Origin: Hormiphora californensis
Taxonomy: Eukaryota > Animalia > Ctenophora
Length of the DNA: 64,000 bases
Direction of reading: 5' to 3'
NCBI GenBank assembly: GCA_020137815.1
Contig: CM035357.1
Location: 6,262,001-6,326,000, forward strand
Shown: piece by piece, positions 29,801-57,325 of the stretch
Layout: each line of letters begins with the position of its first letter
Numbering within the stretch: position 1 is the first letter of the stretch
Made by a program: the position numbers and the translations under genes
Notes under the pieces: model-generated
Database searches by the model: none
Told to the model about the DNA's origin: nothing
What the model saw: the letters and a program-made list of their open reading frames with translations, nothing else

Positions 29801-30785
29801 CTAAAGATGAACACATGGTAGTGAAACACAAGGGAAAAACGTTCCTTGTCCCACAGAGCCAGATCAGACCCCTCCAGGTAATTATCCATTATTGTTTCAT
29901 CCCATCACTGCCTTGCTCGATCCTCTCGAGTCGTCGAGAAGGGTTAAAAAACATAACAATTCAACTCAATTCTCCTCTAAAGGGTCTATAGTTGTTGAAC
30001 TATTTCCCCTCAGGTCTCAGGAGCAGCTCCTCGTGAACTGTTCACGGTGAAAGCACCCCAAGGAGCCCCAGCTACCATGGCCCGGACATTCTCAGTTGAG
30101 AGGATCGATCAGCCCGCTGTAACTGACAAGACATTCATTATCCAGATCGCACAGGAGAATCCACCCAGTGAGGCTCAGGTAAATATCAGGAACCGACCGA
30201 AACAAGTATACAATCAATCAGAACTCGGTATTTAGGTCACGTGACTGGTTATCAGCCAATCAGGGACCAGTATTTCCTGATTCGGTCGGTTCCAGGTAAA
30301 TATATCAATATATCATTATCCTGGTCGAGATTTGATTGGAAAAGCTAACGTTACCCCTTTGTGTAATGTGACCCGAAAAAAGGGTCTTATTATCTGATCG
30401 GGGTGATATGAGCATTTTTAGTTGGTCAGAAAGTTGACACATTGGATTTGGCCTGTCTTCATTTTCATTACGGGTGCATTATAAACACACTAATTACCCC
30501 CCCCCCCCCCCATCCCCCCAGGTTTCTGTTGTTAAGAAAGAGATCCTCTCTATCCACTCTACCGCATCCATCCTGACAGAGGCACAATTCAGAACCCTAG
30601 CCTCCACATTCTCTGCAACCGGAGAGAGGCCCATTATGGTTCGAGTTGAGGCGGGCCAGGAGCCACACTTCTACCGATATGTCGAGGAGTTGGTGCAGCA
30701 GGGTTGTAGTAAACCGAGCAAGGGCCAGAGAGATACTGGACATAATGTTAATCAGTATCATAATGATCTTATTATTCCTTGTTAG
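26876..30785 (+). CDS. Uncharacterised multi-exon protein with Gly/Pro beta-turn-like repeats and an SP/TSP-rich disordered region
   Basis: Exons ~26773/26876-26942, 27100-27358, ~27627-29621 (apparent +1 frameshifts near 27775-27810 and 28055-28165), 29770-29877, 30014-30178, 30522-30785, all with GT-AG boundaries. Repeated (D/T)GxP motifs (TGRPFEP, AGRPFA, DGRPCWP, DGYPID). Start codon uncertain; no family recognised. Confidence 0.6.
30187..30295. mobile_element. hAT-type MITE, 109 bp, with 8-bp TSD
   Basis: TIRs CAGGAACCGACCGAA / TTCGGTCGGTTCCAG. Flanked by direct repeat GTAAATAT (30179-30186 and 30296-30303). An 8-bp TSD and CAG terminus are hAT hallmarks. Confidence 0.85.
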
Positions 30786-31172
30786 AAGAGGGGTGTGGTT
30801 TGTAGGTGTGTAGACTGTTTTTGTTTTGAAGTAAAAGTTTTAATTGAGAGGAAATGTGAGATATCGCTTGCCAATGCCAGTATTATAACTATCGACTATT
30901 CTGTCAGGTCAATGCTCTGACCACGGTTATCTCCATATAATTGATATAAAGTATTCGTAATCTTAATGCTAATTGACACTATTTCACTGAATTTGCAATT
31001 CTTTAAAACCACGATTCTTATTTATCACTTATCAATACCGTTATGAAATGCCAAATGGCGATAACGCTCGTGGCCTGTCAATTGTCATAGCATTGGCCTG
31101 ACTCTATTCTCAATTCGCTTCAGGTTCAAACTTAAAGCTTGCCAAAAGGCAAAAACGGTGCCAATGCAGCAC

Positions 31173-31295
31173 TAAAGTGCGTTTCAAACGACTTGACCTG
31201 AGATTCCTGGAAATTCAGGATTTCCCCTTTGTAAATACACGCGCAATGCGCCAAATTCCAAGAATTAAGGGTCAAGTCGCTTGAAACGGACTTTA
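31173..31295. mobile_element. Fold-back/MITE-like element
   Basis: TAAAGTGCGTTTCAAACGACTTGACC ... GGTCAAGTCGCTTGAAACGGACTTTA inverted arms, extending inward through ATTCCTGGAA/TTCCAAGAAT. Confidence 0.6.
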
Positions 31296-31750
31296 CGCGT
31301 GTTTTCACAAATTGCGATGCAATTCTTAAAAGCGCGCCGCGCGATTGGAGAGCTAGAAAAAAACGAAAATTTTGTTATTCTGAAAAAAACTTAACTTTTC
31401 AGTCGCGAAATCACAAAATCAAACAAGTCTCAGTTCTGCACTGAAACCTTATGCACATCTGGCACCGTCCAAGGTATTTGGGGCTGCGGAGTATGCCCAA
31501 GGTCTACGCAAACATGGCTTGATCGTTATGAAACCCCATAACTGGTCAATTCGCTGTTAGAGCAACTTACATTTTGAGATTTTCCAGGCAACGCGAAGTC
31601 AAATGACGAGCAGGCCTCGTGTAAAGGCTGTGAAGCGTTTTTAAAGTTAAGATTTAAAATGGTAACTAGTATGTTAAAGAAAGTAGTTCTGTGTGTGTAG
31701 AGATCATCAGATTGCCGACAAATCTCCGGTAGAAATGAGAAACAGCTCCA

Positions 31751-32310
31751 AAGGGATTAGGGAAAACTTCCCGTGCGCCTATGCAGTCATTTCATCAAAA
31801 GCTATTGCAAAAGCGTTATTTCCTGATTCTTATGTTCAACATCTGCAAGGGACTAGCTGCATACGGACCCGGTATTAACTTCAAGGACACCCCTTGCTTT
31901 GGGGTAGCGGCAGTGATCCCTAAATTCAAGGGATTAGGGAAAACTTCCCGTGCGCCTATGCAGCCATTTCGTCAAAAGCTATTGCAAAAGCGTTATTTCC
32001 TGATTCTTATGTTCAACATCTGCAAGGGACTAGCTGCATACGGACCCGGTATTAACTTCAAGGACACCCCTTGCTTTGGGGTAGCGGCAGTGATCCCTAA
32101 ATTCAAGCACAGAACTTGGCATTGGGCGAAACTATTGAACTTAGAGAAGAGTTACCGCTCACCAATGTAGTAATTTGGTCAAAAGCTATGCCACAAGCAC
32201 TCTTTCCTGATTCATATGTTCAACATCTGTCATCTAGCTGCCTGGTATTGACTTCAAGGACACCCCTTGTTACTTGTTTTGGAGTAGCGGCAGTGATCCC
32301 TAAATTCAAT
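31751..32310. repeat. 177-bp tandem repeat (two near-identical copies plus a degenerate third)
   Basis: Unit AAGGGATTAGGGAAAACTTCCCGTGCGCC...GATCCCTAAATTC at 31751 and 31928, with a partial diverged copy at ~32170-32310. Confidence 0.9.
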
Positions 32311-32334
32311 CATATGTTATAGAAGTTAGCATCC

Positions 32335-32430
32335 ACTATGGTTGAATACGCTTTTTCGGTTGTTGGGGCAAAATTATGGAACACTCCAAAATGGGTCAAG
32401 GAGGCCAGGAATGTTGATTAATTCAGTTTG
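32335..32430 (+). mobile_element. Possible CR1/L2-type LINE ORF2 3' remnant
   Basis: Translates as YAFSVVGAKLWNTPKWVKEARNVD, resembling the FS..G..LWN.LP tail of CR1/L2 ORF2. Very short. Confidence 0.4.
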
Positions 32431-32950
32431 TACAGTTTAACTTGTACTAGGAGGGCCATTTCCGATTGACTACCACCCATGGCCATTGGCCACGCCGGGA
32501 ATTGCCTACTCGTGTGTTGATGGAAATTCTTTGCTGGACTGCTCTGAGCCGGACTATTTCGAAGATGAAATCATCCAGCATCACTGTACCTTATCCTTGC
32601 CTTGGTACGGTTGCAAAAAAAAATAAACGCATTATCCTGGGCAGTAAAATTAAAAAAACACATCTGGTCCAAGAAGGGTGCTGGGGTGAGTGCTAGTGTT
32701 ACCTTCAAGACAAGTAAAGAGCCAACATGTTGATGCTTTTCTTGGTTTCAGCACTGCTGCCCTATCGGACACTCACAAATAATTTCTGCGATACAACAAG
32801 TCTAACCATGCGAACATTCCGGAGGAAACTTACTTCTATTCATCAAGATCTAGTGGAAAACGGCCCAAATAAACCGGAATCCGATTTTACAAGAATGGTC
32901 GTCTCGGAAAACGAACCCCCTCTCGACAAACTGGTACTCCCGGGATCTTT

Positions 32951-33350
32951 CATTTTTTTGGGGCATTAAGCTGAGGCGTACCAAGTCTCATACCACCCGG
33001 GTATAGACGGCATAGCCTGGAACCCTCCGTACGAACTCCCTTGAAAATTCAAGGGAGAGCAGTGCACATTGGAGGGCCCTTCGCTTGGTATATGTCTGTC
33101 TTGGTCGGTCATTTAGATTGATAAAAACTGATCATAATAATTCAAAGGATTCAATGATTACGCAAGCTGTATCCTATACAGTGAGCTACAGGGCCTGGAA
33201 CAAGGTAACGTTTTGCCTTTGGGAGATTCTTGAGTTTAGTTTGGCCTGGAACAAGGTAACGTTTTGCCTTTGAGTGTGTCTTGAGTTTAGTTTGGTCTGG
33301 AACAAGGTAACGTTTTGCCTTTGAGAGTGTCTTGAGTTTGGGTCTGGAAT
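32951..33350 (-). mobile_element. Older copy of the retroposon family seen at 55479-55895
   Basis: Short T-run followed by CTCATACCACCCGGGTAT and ~4 copies of the ~42-49-bp unit TGGAACAAGGTAACGTTTTGCCTTTG...GAGTTTAGTTTGG. A third fragment lies inverted at ~57960-58030. Confidence 0.65.
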
Positions 33351-33924
33351 CCCAATGTATACCGTGTTTTGAGTGGCCAGTTACATTGAAACTATAAAAT
33401 GTACATAATCTTTGAACAGACAATACGGACAGATGAACTTACAGCATTTTGATGAATGATTGGTACCGTGACGTTGTTGGTGATGAGATGAGAGGTGTAT
33501 CAATTTCCAGTTGAGATGAAGATAAACGAAAACGATTAAAACACCAATAGGGGATAGGACAGATGAATACTCAATAAATAGTTTTGCCCACCAAATATAG
33601 TTGTTCATTTGATTTACTGAAGAAAAGCAAGTCTATTAGACTGCAGTGCGATTATATTGAGGCAGGAAAGTTGTATCAGCATAATTAGGTTCTCATTATG
33701 AATATCGCCGAAATTTAATATATTTTCCTAGACCAGGAAGTTATGAATATTAATAGTAACGCTCTATATGTTATGTACAGACTAATATTTAGTTTTATTT
33801 TTTACTTCTAATCTATTTTTATTTTCATTTCAATCTCTCCAGTTTTCACCATCTTCATTTTCATTGATTTCCTCTCTTTCTTTTTGGTCCCATGCTCTTT
33901 GAATATTCCAATTCATCCCTTTTA

Positions 33925-34281
33925 CCCCCTAGTTCCATGGGCAGAACTCCGCAAAAGGATCTGCCGTTTGAAAGTGAGCACTTCGGTTCCACGGGAAGAA
34001 AAATACTGACACACAGCCGCACAAACTTCGTGTGAGATGGTTTTTCACGCCCTAATTAAGCATGGTGTGAAAGAGAGATCTACTGAGTTATTTCATTGAT
34101 CAATTAGATGTGTGAATAACACCCTCCCGAGGGGCTACCAAAAAGGCCGAATTACGCCTTTTAGGCGTAATTCGGCCTGTGCACAAGGCGTAATTCTGCG
34201 GCGTAATTCGGCCGCAGAATTCAGCCTAAAAGGCGTAATTCAGCCTAAATTTGGCCGAATTCTGCCCATGGAACAAGGGTG
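33925..34281. mobile_element. MITE with ~22-bp TIRs and internal palindromic subrepeats
   Basis: TA|CCCCCTAGTTCCATGGGCAGAA ... TTCTGCCCATGGAACAAGGGTG|TA. Internal hairpin AGGCCGAATTACGCCT-TTT-AGGCGTAATTCGGCCT and several GGCGTAATTC copies. Confidence 0.7.
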
Positions 34282-34397
34282 TAATTCTCTCTTTTCTCTC
34301 ACTCTATATCAATCTTGGGCTTCAGCACTCAGCTCTCTTCCTCCATCTCCCACTCCCTCTGTTCTACTCTCTTCCTCAATCTCTCTATCTCTCTCTC

Positions 34398-34447
<50 letters not shown>

Positions 34448-37217
34448 TCTCTCTCTTGCAGCTCGAATATATTCAGAGTTATTTAGGTCGAAATCTTGTA
34501 GTTATTGCTGTGTGGGCTTTACACAAGGCCAAATTTCCTGGTGGAAAACACTTGAACATTGGAACTTTCCTCCCTCACACACACACGAACACACAGCTCT
34601 ACAGATGCAGCAGGGTGTGTGCTGTGCTAGTTAGGCTTGGGCCACCAAGCCATGGTTTTTGAAATTAGAACATGTCCTGCCATACATGACCTATTTCTAA
34701 TTACAAAATGGTGTCCTTATTTCCTCCAACTTGGGTTGTATATTTGAGTTACAGCTGAGCTGGACTCACAAGGCACACACAGTTGTGTGGGTTTAACTTT
34801 CATGCTGCCGTGAGGTAAGCTGCTACACATAGATCACATGTGCGACTTGCCACATTGTGAGTTTATTATAATGCGCCGCTACTATTTTCAGTACCCCGAA
34901 AATTCTCTTAACTCTGAATTTTTCTCTATATATTCTCGCAAATTGCATCAGGAAATATAAGTACTGTTACATTTCTCTCTTTCCCTCTCGTTCTTTTTGT
35001 CATTCATGTGTCAAAAATTGCTTTTTCGAGTGAAAATTGGTCATGAATTCAGTGGTGTGTGAAAAAATTAAATTTTTCTATCGTTTCTTTGTCATCGGTG
35101 ATGTGATTGATGATTCGACGGAACCAGAGTGTGAAGCAGACGACAAAGAGAGGGTGAGAGAGAGAGGAAGAGAGGGAAGAGAGAGAGGGAGAGAGAGAGG
35201 AAGAGAGAGGAGGGAGAATAGAGGAGCGAGACGAGAGAGAGAGAGAGGGAGATAGATAGAGAGAGATTAGTGAAGGGAGAGAATATTTCCGATAGATTCT
35301 ATAGAACTGCGAGCACGACCCGTTTATGTTGATGTATAATACAATGTTTGTGCCTCCGGAAAGATGGACTAGTGATTGTAAGGGCCTCTTTTTCTCTCAT
35401 CTCCTTCATTCTCATCTCCTCTCTCTCTCCTACTCTCTTCCATCTCGTCTCGTTCTCTCTCTCTCTCCTCTCTCTCTCACTCCTCCTCTTCTCTCTCCTT
35501 CATCTCTCTCTCTCCATCTCACCATCCCTCTCCTCTCTCTCCCTACTCTCTCTCCGTCTCATCCTGCTCTCTCCTCTCCAAAAAAAAAAAATAGATCTCT
35601 CCTCTCATCTCGTCCTCCTCTCCTCTCTTCTCTCTCTCATCTCCTCTCCCAACGTCCTCTCTCTTCTCTCATGCTCTCTCTCGGGGGACTCTCTCTCCGG
35701 CTCTCTCTCAGTCTCTCTCTCGTCAAAACCGTCTCGTCCTCATCTCTCTGTCCTCTTTCCTCTCCGGTCGGGCTCTCTCATCATCTCTCTCAACCTCTCT
35801 CCCCTCATCATCTTTACCTCTCATCTCCAATCTCTCTCTCTCTCTTCTCTACTCTCTCTCTCCTTCTCTCCTCTTCTTTTTGCTCAATGTTCATTTCTAT
35901 GTCTCCATTTCTAGCTCCACGCATCTCTCTGTCCTACTCGGTATTTATATCTCTATCCATCCTTGTTCTTCGTTCTCTCTGTATTCTCTATCTATCTATC
36001 TGTTTTTCTATCTGTGTTCTTCCAATCCTATCTTTCGGTATGATTGTTCACAGTAAGGAGATGCCCTGACAGTTTACACAGCAAGCTTTATAATATTCTC
36101 TATCTGTCTTCCTCGCGTGTACATCCAAGTCTTTCTTGTAATTAAATCCTCTGCTTAGTTTTAGGAATCCTAACAAACTGCTTTGGCTTCCCCCAAACGC
36201 AGTTCAAAGAATTCAATATATATTGCACATGTGTGTTGAAATTATATATTTGGCACATAGCTACTGTTAAATAACCACTTATCCTCCACCCTCTAATTTT
36301 GTCTCTTTCTGCCGCAGTGACCTAATACACACACCCCGCCTAACACAACCAGATGCTTCACCAGCTTGTGGTGCTGGAAGGTTAAACTTCAAACAAATGC
36401 CACCTATCCGTTGACCCACTTCCCGTTATTAATTTTCATTCAGTTTGACTGAATACCGAAGTATATAAGTATGCCACCTAAGAATCCTCTCTAATCTCTA
36501 TCGATTTGAAATCTATCAAATCTTTTCTTTTTGACGGTGCTACACTTTACTATGAAAAGTAATTCCTCTCCGTCCAGACCCAGCTTGTTTGACCCCAATC
36601 ATTCTCAAACCAGAACTGATTCCGGCTATCTATCTATCTATCTATCTATCTGTAGCTGTCCATCTATCTCTATCTATATTTTTCTCTCTTCCTTTCTCTG
36701 GTGTGCGTGTATACGCTGCTTTCCTGCACAACTTGGGAGTGTGGGAGAGCTAATTGTGTATAATAAAGTGTGTCATACACACATGCTCTCTCCCTCTCAC
36801 CCATTCTCTCTCACTGGTATCAAATTAAACATCAACTCATTAATTCTTATCTCATATAAATAGCGACAGATCCTGGCAGGGAGAGAGGGAATGGAGAGAC
36901 GACGAGAGGTCGAGCGGAGAGCAGAAAGGAAGAGCGCTGTGAGGAGAGAGAGAGAGTAAGAGAGAGAGATAGAGGAGAGATGAGAGATGTGTCTAGAAGA
37001 GAGCAGAATTGAAATGGAGAGATAGTCGCAGCGTAGGATAGCCGGAACCGTCGAGTTTCGTTTGTACCAACTTCATCGTAGCGCCAGTTGCCCCACACCT
37101 TATTCATGCTAATAATATGTAATTAAGTTTTGCGTGCTACTAAAGAAGGCAGGGAGAGAGAGAGCAAGAGAGAGAGAGGAGAGGAGGCTTAATGAGAGAG
37201 GAGAGGAGAGGAGAGAG

Positions 37218-37269
<52 letters not shown>

Positions 37270-37713
37270 AAGAGATAGAAAATAAAGAATATAAAGAGAA
37301 AGAGAGAGCCCACTCCAAATTTCTGCCCAAGTAACTCTCTTCGGTCTCTCCACATGACTGTGAAATTGAAAAAAGCCAAGAATAGCTATATCTCCCACAG
37401 CCCGAATAAGAGACACTGCTCTCCATTTCCTTCTCTCTCTCTCTCTCTCTCTCTCACTTTCTTTCCTTCTCTCTTTAGACTTTTTCTGAATTTCTGATAA
37501 TTAGTTACCTAAAAACAGAAGTGACACGTTGAAATTAACTGTCGTGAATTCAAAGGCATACACTGAAATAGAGAAACTGTATTGGTGTGCCATAAACACC
37601 CAAGCTGCATACGTGTTTGTATGTTTGTTTCTCTGAATGGGTTAGTGGACAGCAACTCAGCAACATTATATATGGGTACCATTATCCCTCTCTATGTCTC
37701 TCTATGTCTCTCG

Positions 37714-37746
<33 letters not shown>

Positions 37747-38932
37747 TCGCCATGTATGCTTGGGCACCTAGAATAACCCATAGTATCTGCCCAAACATAC
37801 ACCACCTTCCCATAATGTTTGCCTGTGTGTGTTTGTCTGTGCGTGTGTCCGTGTGGCTGATCTATGAACTAGGTAAATGTCATCAATTATTGCTTTATAA
37901 CACACTCTGCCAACACGTGCGCTATCTCAATAAATAATAGCACTGATTTCGGTTCTCTGTCTTGTGCGGTTCGCACCCGCATTTTCCCAAACGCTATGTG
38001 ATGGTGAAGGATATGTGTGCGAAATATTTTGAGAATGCAGGTGAATGATGACAGATGACGTCATGAACAATGTAATGACGTCATGTGTCAATCACGTGTC
38101 AGTTGAGAGTAAGGAACGTGCTAAAACAGCTGATGAGATGTTGGCCCCTCCCAACGGGGATGTTTGATTGGAATAACCTACAAACTTGTTCAAAAAGATT
38201 AACGTTGGTTCTTTCTCGTCCGACAGAAACGTTTAATATGTCCGCGGGGTTTCTTTGTCCACTCGCGGCTCGGCGAAAAGGAGAAAATGTATATATTGAG
38301 GGTGTGCTGTCTTCTTAATTCTAATCAGTCTGTTCCAGTGTTCCAGGCCGATGACAGTAGAATGGTTGTTATCCAATGTCCCCTGTTTATCTCTCTCTCT
38401 CTCTCTCTCTCCTGTCATGGGCTATTCGCCAGAGTACTGCCTCTTATTATGCCTCTTTTGGAGCCCGCAAGCGTGTCGCTAATCACGGTCTAATCTCTGT
38501 ACACCCACAGGGCATCACACACACAATATTTCAGCGTATATAGAGAGAGAGAGACTAGAGAGGGGAGAGAGAGTGAGAGATGATGAAGCTTGATAGCAAT
38601 AGAACGTCGAATAGATCTTCTCTATAATACATCGGAAGTTATCATGGGCAACTATATCCCATTGCAATAGAATTGACATTCATAGCCCAATACACTTATT
38701 GACATTTTCAATTTTCAAACCTAGTCATCATTCAAATCGATTTGGTTTTAATATCATTAGAATATCATCCTATTAGAAGCTCTAGAAAGGTGCAGACAGC
38801 AGGCTACTGACATCATTCAATATGAGCACATGTAAAACATACAAACCTATTTTATCCCTGAAAGATATATATCCACTAGTCCAGTAGCCGATGGAATATT
38901 TCCCCTAGTAACCTAATTCTCTCCCCGTCCAG

Positions 38933-53629
<14,697 letters not shown>

Positions 53630-55474
53630 AGATCATCTACGTTAACTGGGGAACCACGAGAGAGAGAGAGCTACTAGAATGAGGGTTTTAATCGCACGTC
53701 GCACGCCCAACATATATCAAGAACAATCTAGGAATCTATCATTATATTGTCATAGTTAATGATATGTGTATAATACAGTGGAATGGGCACAGAGTGAGAT
53801 CAAGTGTGTGTGAGTGTGTGTGAGTAACATTATAGAATTGTGATGTTTTGATCATTGTAACTAGCATCACGACCCCCCATCACTAAAAAGACATTTCTTG
53901 TGTTTGGCGCCATTGTAAAAAGGAGTATATTGCTCTTGTTGTTATATAATTATGGTAATGTATGTGTGACAGAGAGATATTAGAGAGTTAAATGAGTAAA
54001 GAGTATTATGTAATGTTGTGAAAATTCAATTTCAGTGCACACTCGGTATGGCATTTGTGAGTTAGAGTGATTAGTTGTAAATATTGGTGGTGTGTGTGTA
54101 TGAGCGTATGTGTGTATGAGTGTGTAACAGAGAGATATAAGAGTGAGATAAGAGACTGAGAAAAAGATTTAGGCTGTCGTTGAAGCACAAGAAGCTAGAG
54201 AGCAACTATTTATGATTTTATTTTTGACTATGTTCTTTTTCATTGTAAATTTATCGTGTTTCATTTGTAGGCTACAATAGGTGTTCGGCGACGGATTTAT
54301 TATAGTGGCGTCCTCATCCCTAGAAATATGGGACACTGTTCCTCGGTTGACGAAATTGGTTACGTCAATATTTTATCATTTTGAGATACTGATTGGAAGG
54401 CGCGAATATCATCAGTATGTGCTGCTGTTTAAGCCGCGCTGCGCGTCGCTGATTAAACTAGAGCTCGAAAAAAAAGTTATGAACTTTTGCTCGTTGCTTT
54501 TTTGAAACTGATTTTTTTCACCGTGAAAAGTTGGAATGCGCTGCAGCCCCCTCATGCGCGCACCCCCTTATATTATATTATAAGGGGCCTGCAACGTATG
54601 CCAACGTGAAAAGCTGTCGCGTTGACTGTCGAGTATGGTTGTTGTTGGACGTTGGTCTTTTGGTGTAGGTTAAAGTACTCTCCTTACTTCTATTCGATAT
54701 GAAAGTGTTAAAACCCATCAAATATGGTAGGGGAATACGAGTTTTGGAGTGGAAAAAGAACTCAAGAAGCCGTCATGAGTTTTGATATAATGTGCATTAC
54801 GGTTTATGGGCAGAAAATCATTTTGGCTGTTCCCGGTGTACATTGTGCGCAAGCGCCTTGCAAACCGTTTCGAAATTTCTCCAAAACGATCAAATATCAC
54901 AAAAAGTTTGGTGGGAAACTGACAGATCGATCGTTGAAACTGTTTTTGGGCAAAATATAAGCGACATAATAAGCGTCACATTCTAAGCCCGTATTCTTCG
55001 GGCCTCAAGAAGGTTAACGGTGAGCATCTTTTAGATTTACCGTGTGTGGTACTTTGTAGTCAGATTGGAAATCTTTTCGGTCGGGTAATCAGAAGCGAAA
55101 AAAATTTCACTGAAAATTTTCTCTCTACCCCCACCGGCCCCTGGGCCCTACTGGCGGAGGCTCTGCCCCGTACACCCCCGCCGGGGCTCTGCCCTTGGTC
55201 CCCGTTGTAGGGGGCTCTGCCCCTACCCCCTCACCCCTGCTGGGCACCCTCAACATACCGTTCTAACCCACTGAAACCCATCATTAATGATAGAGGTGCA
55301 CAGAAGCCTGAAACCCACAATTAACATTTCTGGTAAAATACTCATTAACATGATTAAGAAAACGAACATTGTTTTGGGATTAAAGGACTAAGGGGGGTTT
55401 ATATATAAACATACAATCATATCTCTCCAAACACCGAAACTAACAACCAAGCACTACCGAGTATCATATCAACA

Positions 55475-55478
<4 letters not shown>

Positions 55479-55527
<49 letters not shown>

Positions 55528-55895
55528 GGTCACTTAGCCACACGCTGAGCAAACCTCATACCACCCGGGTATGGGTAACTATGGCGCTAAGCTCCCCCCT
55601 TTCTCGATTTCGATGAAATGGGGGGAACCTATGGCATCAGTCGTAAAGTCTGTCGAGTTGGGATTGTTCTGGAACATGGTAACGTTTTGCCTTTGAGAGA
55701 GTCTTGAGTTTGGTTTAGTCTGGAACAAGGTAACATTTTGCCTTTGAGAGTGTGTTGGGCCCAGTTTGTTCTGGAACAAGGTAACGTTTTGCCTTTGAGG
55801 GTGTCTTGAGTTTAGTTTGGTCTGGAACAAGGTAACGTTTTGCCTTTGAGGGTGTATTGAGTTTAGTTTGGTCTGGAACAAGGTAACATTTTGCC
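55479..55895 (-). mobile_element. Recent poly(A)-tailed retroposon (SINE or 5'-truncated LINE) with 14-bp TSD
   Basis: ~50-nt pure T run (poly(A) on the minus strand). Direct repeat CATATCAACACATT at 55465-55478 and 55896-55909. Internal ~42-49-bp tandem units. Confidence 0.85.
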
Positions 55896-56112
55896 CATAT
55901 CAACACATTCCTTTATACACAAATTTCTGAGTAGCAAATAATATATACGTTGAATTAAAAATAGTAATGTATTTCCGAGTTAAAACACAATAAGACCAAA
56001 GCGTGTAATATTATCATGACCAATTATATTGTTTTTTAGTTTTCTTACTTTCATATCTTGTACACAGGATATACACAATAAACATAATCTATACAGTGTA
56101 CAATGTACAAAT

Positions 56113-56410
56113 CTCAGTAGAAATTAGCATGGAGAAACTGGCTTTCACCAGGGGAATCGGCTGCACGATTGCGAGGGATTCAGCAGGTGAAAAGTGAGAA
56201 CTCGTCTGGAGAATGAAGAATTCGCAGCTTCTATCACAGTTCAAGCATTTGCACGCTAAATCAGGTGGTGCAACCTGCCCAATGTGCTAAAAACTGAGCT
56301 ATTCGGCATTCTGCAGGTGGATTCCCAATTTTCTCCTGGTGAATCACCCCTGCAATCGTACAGGTACTCCCCTAGTAAAAGGAAGTTTATCCACACAAAC
56401 TTCAGTTGAG
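56113..56410 (-). other. ~300-nt imperfect fold-back (two ~140-nt arms, ~13-nt loop) just 3' of the dsRBD gene
   Basis: 56113-56254 aligns to the reverse complement of 56268-56410, e.g. CACCAGGGGA..CTGCACGATTGC..GATTCAGCAGGTGAAAA vs TACTAGGGGA..CTGTACGATTGC..GATTCACCAGGAGAAAA. Closing stem TTGCAC/GTGCAA. Confidence 0.8.
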
Positions 56411-56483
56411 GAAGAGTGTACTATGTAATACATAGTAAACTCTATGTATACTATGTACTATGTATACATGTGCCCAAATAAAC

Positions 56484-57325
56484 CTATAACCGGTCTAAAT
56501 GCTTCAGATATTCCTTAAAATCATCGCTCTCCAACATTAGTTTGGCTGCGTTAGATTCAGCTACTTTCTTCTTGGGATGTAAATCACCCTGAAATGAGAA
56601 GAATTTGGTTCACAAAGAGATCATATCAGAATGGTATTACAATAGCTAGTTAGATAAATTAATTTCTTGCGGGAGAATATTCTAAAACTTGTTCAAGATT
56701 GAACGAAATATCATATACCATGTCATATATCACGTATATCACTGACCTTGACGGTTATGGTTTTGTGCCGGGAAATGTGTAAAATCGCAGTTGCAGTCCA
56801 GTTGGATTCACCATCTCGAACTGAGCTGTACTCGGGGAGCTTGTGACCTCGCACCTGCAGGGAATAGAAATGGAAATGAAAATTTAAATTTATCTAGTTA
56901 CTAGATAGCTTAGTTTTTAGCTTAGTTTAGATTAAGACCGGTTAATTCTCTACCTGTAATATATGGTGGAGGGCGTTTTTGGGGCCCTCTGGAATGAATT
57001 CCGGGTCTTTCTCCCCGTCCGTTTCCGATATTATTACGTAATCATTTTCATCTCTCGTTGAGAGAGGCACCAGGAAACTTTTTAGCAGCTCTGAGGGAGT
57101 TGTAGTATTTAGAGTGGAATGTAGATATAAATAAAATAGTAATACATGTTTTTGAAAGTCTCTGCATTCGAATTAGTGAAGGTCAGATCAGTAGGGGTAG
57201 GAGTTTGTTTGTTTTGTTCAAACCGGGGCGCGGGGAGGGAGGGTCTAACAAGGCAAGAGTTTGTCAAGTTAAGTACCAGAAAAACTGGTTTGAAATAAAA
57301 TATACTTACGTCTGTCCGATTGCAT
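56484..57325 (-). CDS. Small single-domain dsRNA-binding (dsRBD) protein, ~120 aa
   Basis: Exons 57339-57310 (ATG at 57325), 57090-56954, 56854-56747, 56588-56484, all GT-AG and in phase: MQSDRQLLKSFLVPLSTRDENDYVIISETDGEKDPEFIPEGPKNALHHILQ|VRGHKLPEYSSVRDGESNWTATAILHISRHKTITVK|GDLHPKKKVAESNAAKLMLESDDFKEYLKHLDRL*. Matches the dsRBD pattern PK..L...Q, P.Y and KKxAExxAA. A further in-phase upstream exon (~57680-57787) could extend the N-terminus. Confidence 0.75.

Noticed and set aside
31781-32170. 129-aa ORF with an internal duplication
   Set aside because: It arises from the 177-bp tandem repeat and has no splice signals or recognisable domain.
35390-35880. 247-aa Leu/Ser-rich ORF
   Set aside because: It is a degenerate CT-rich tract that looks like poorly resolved microsatellite sequence.
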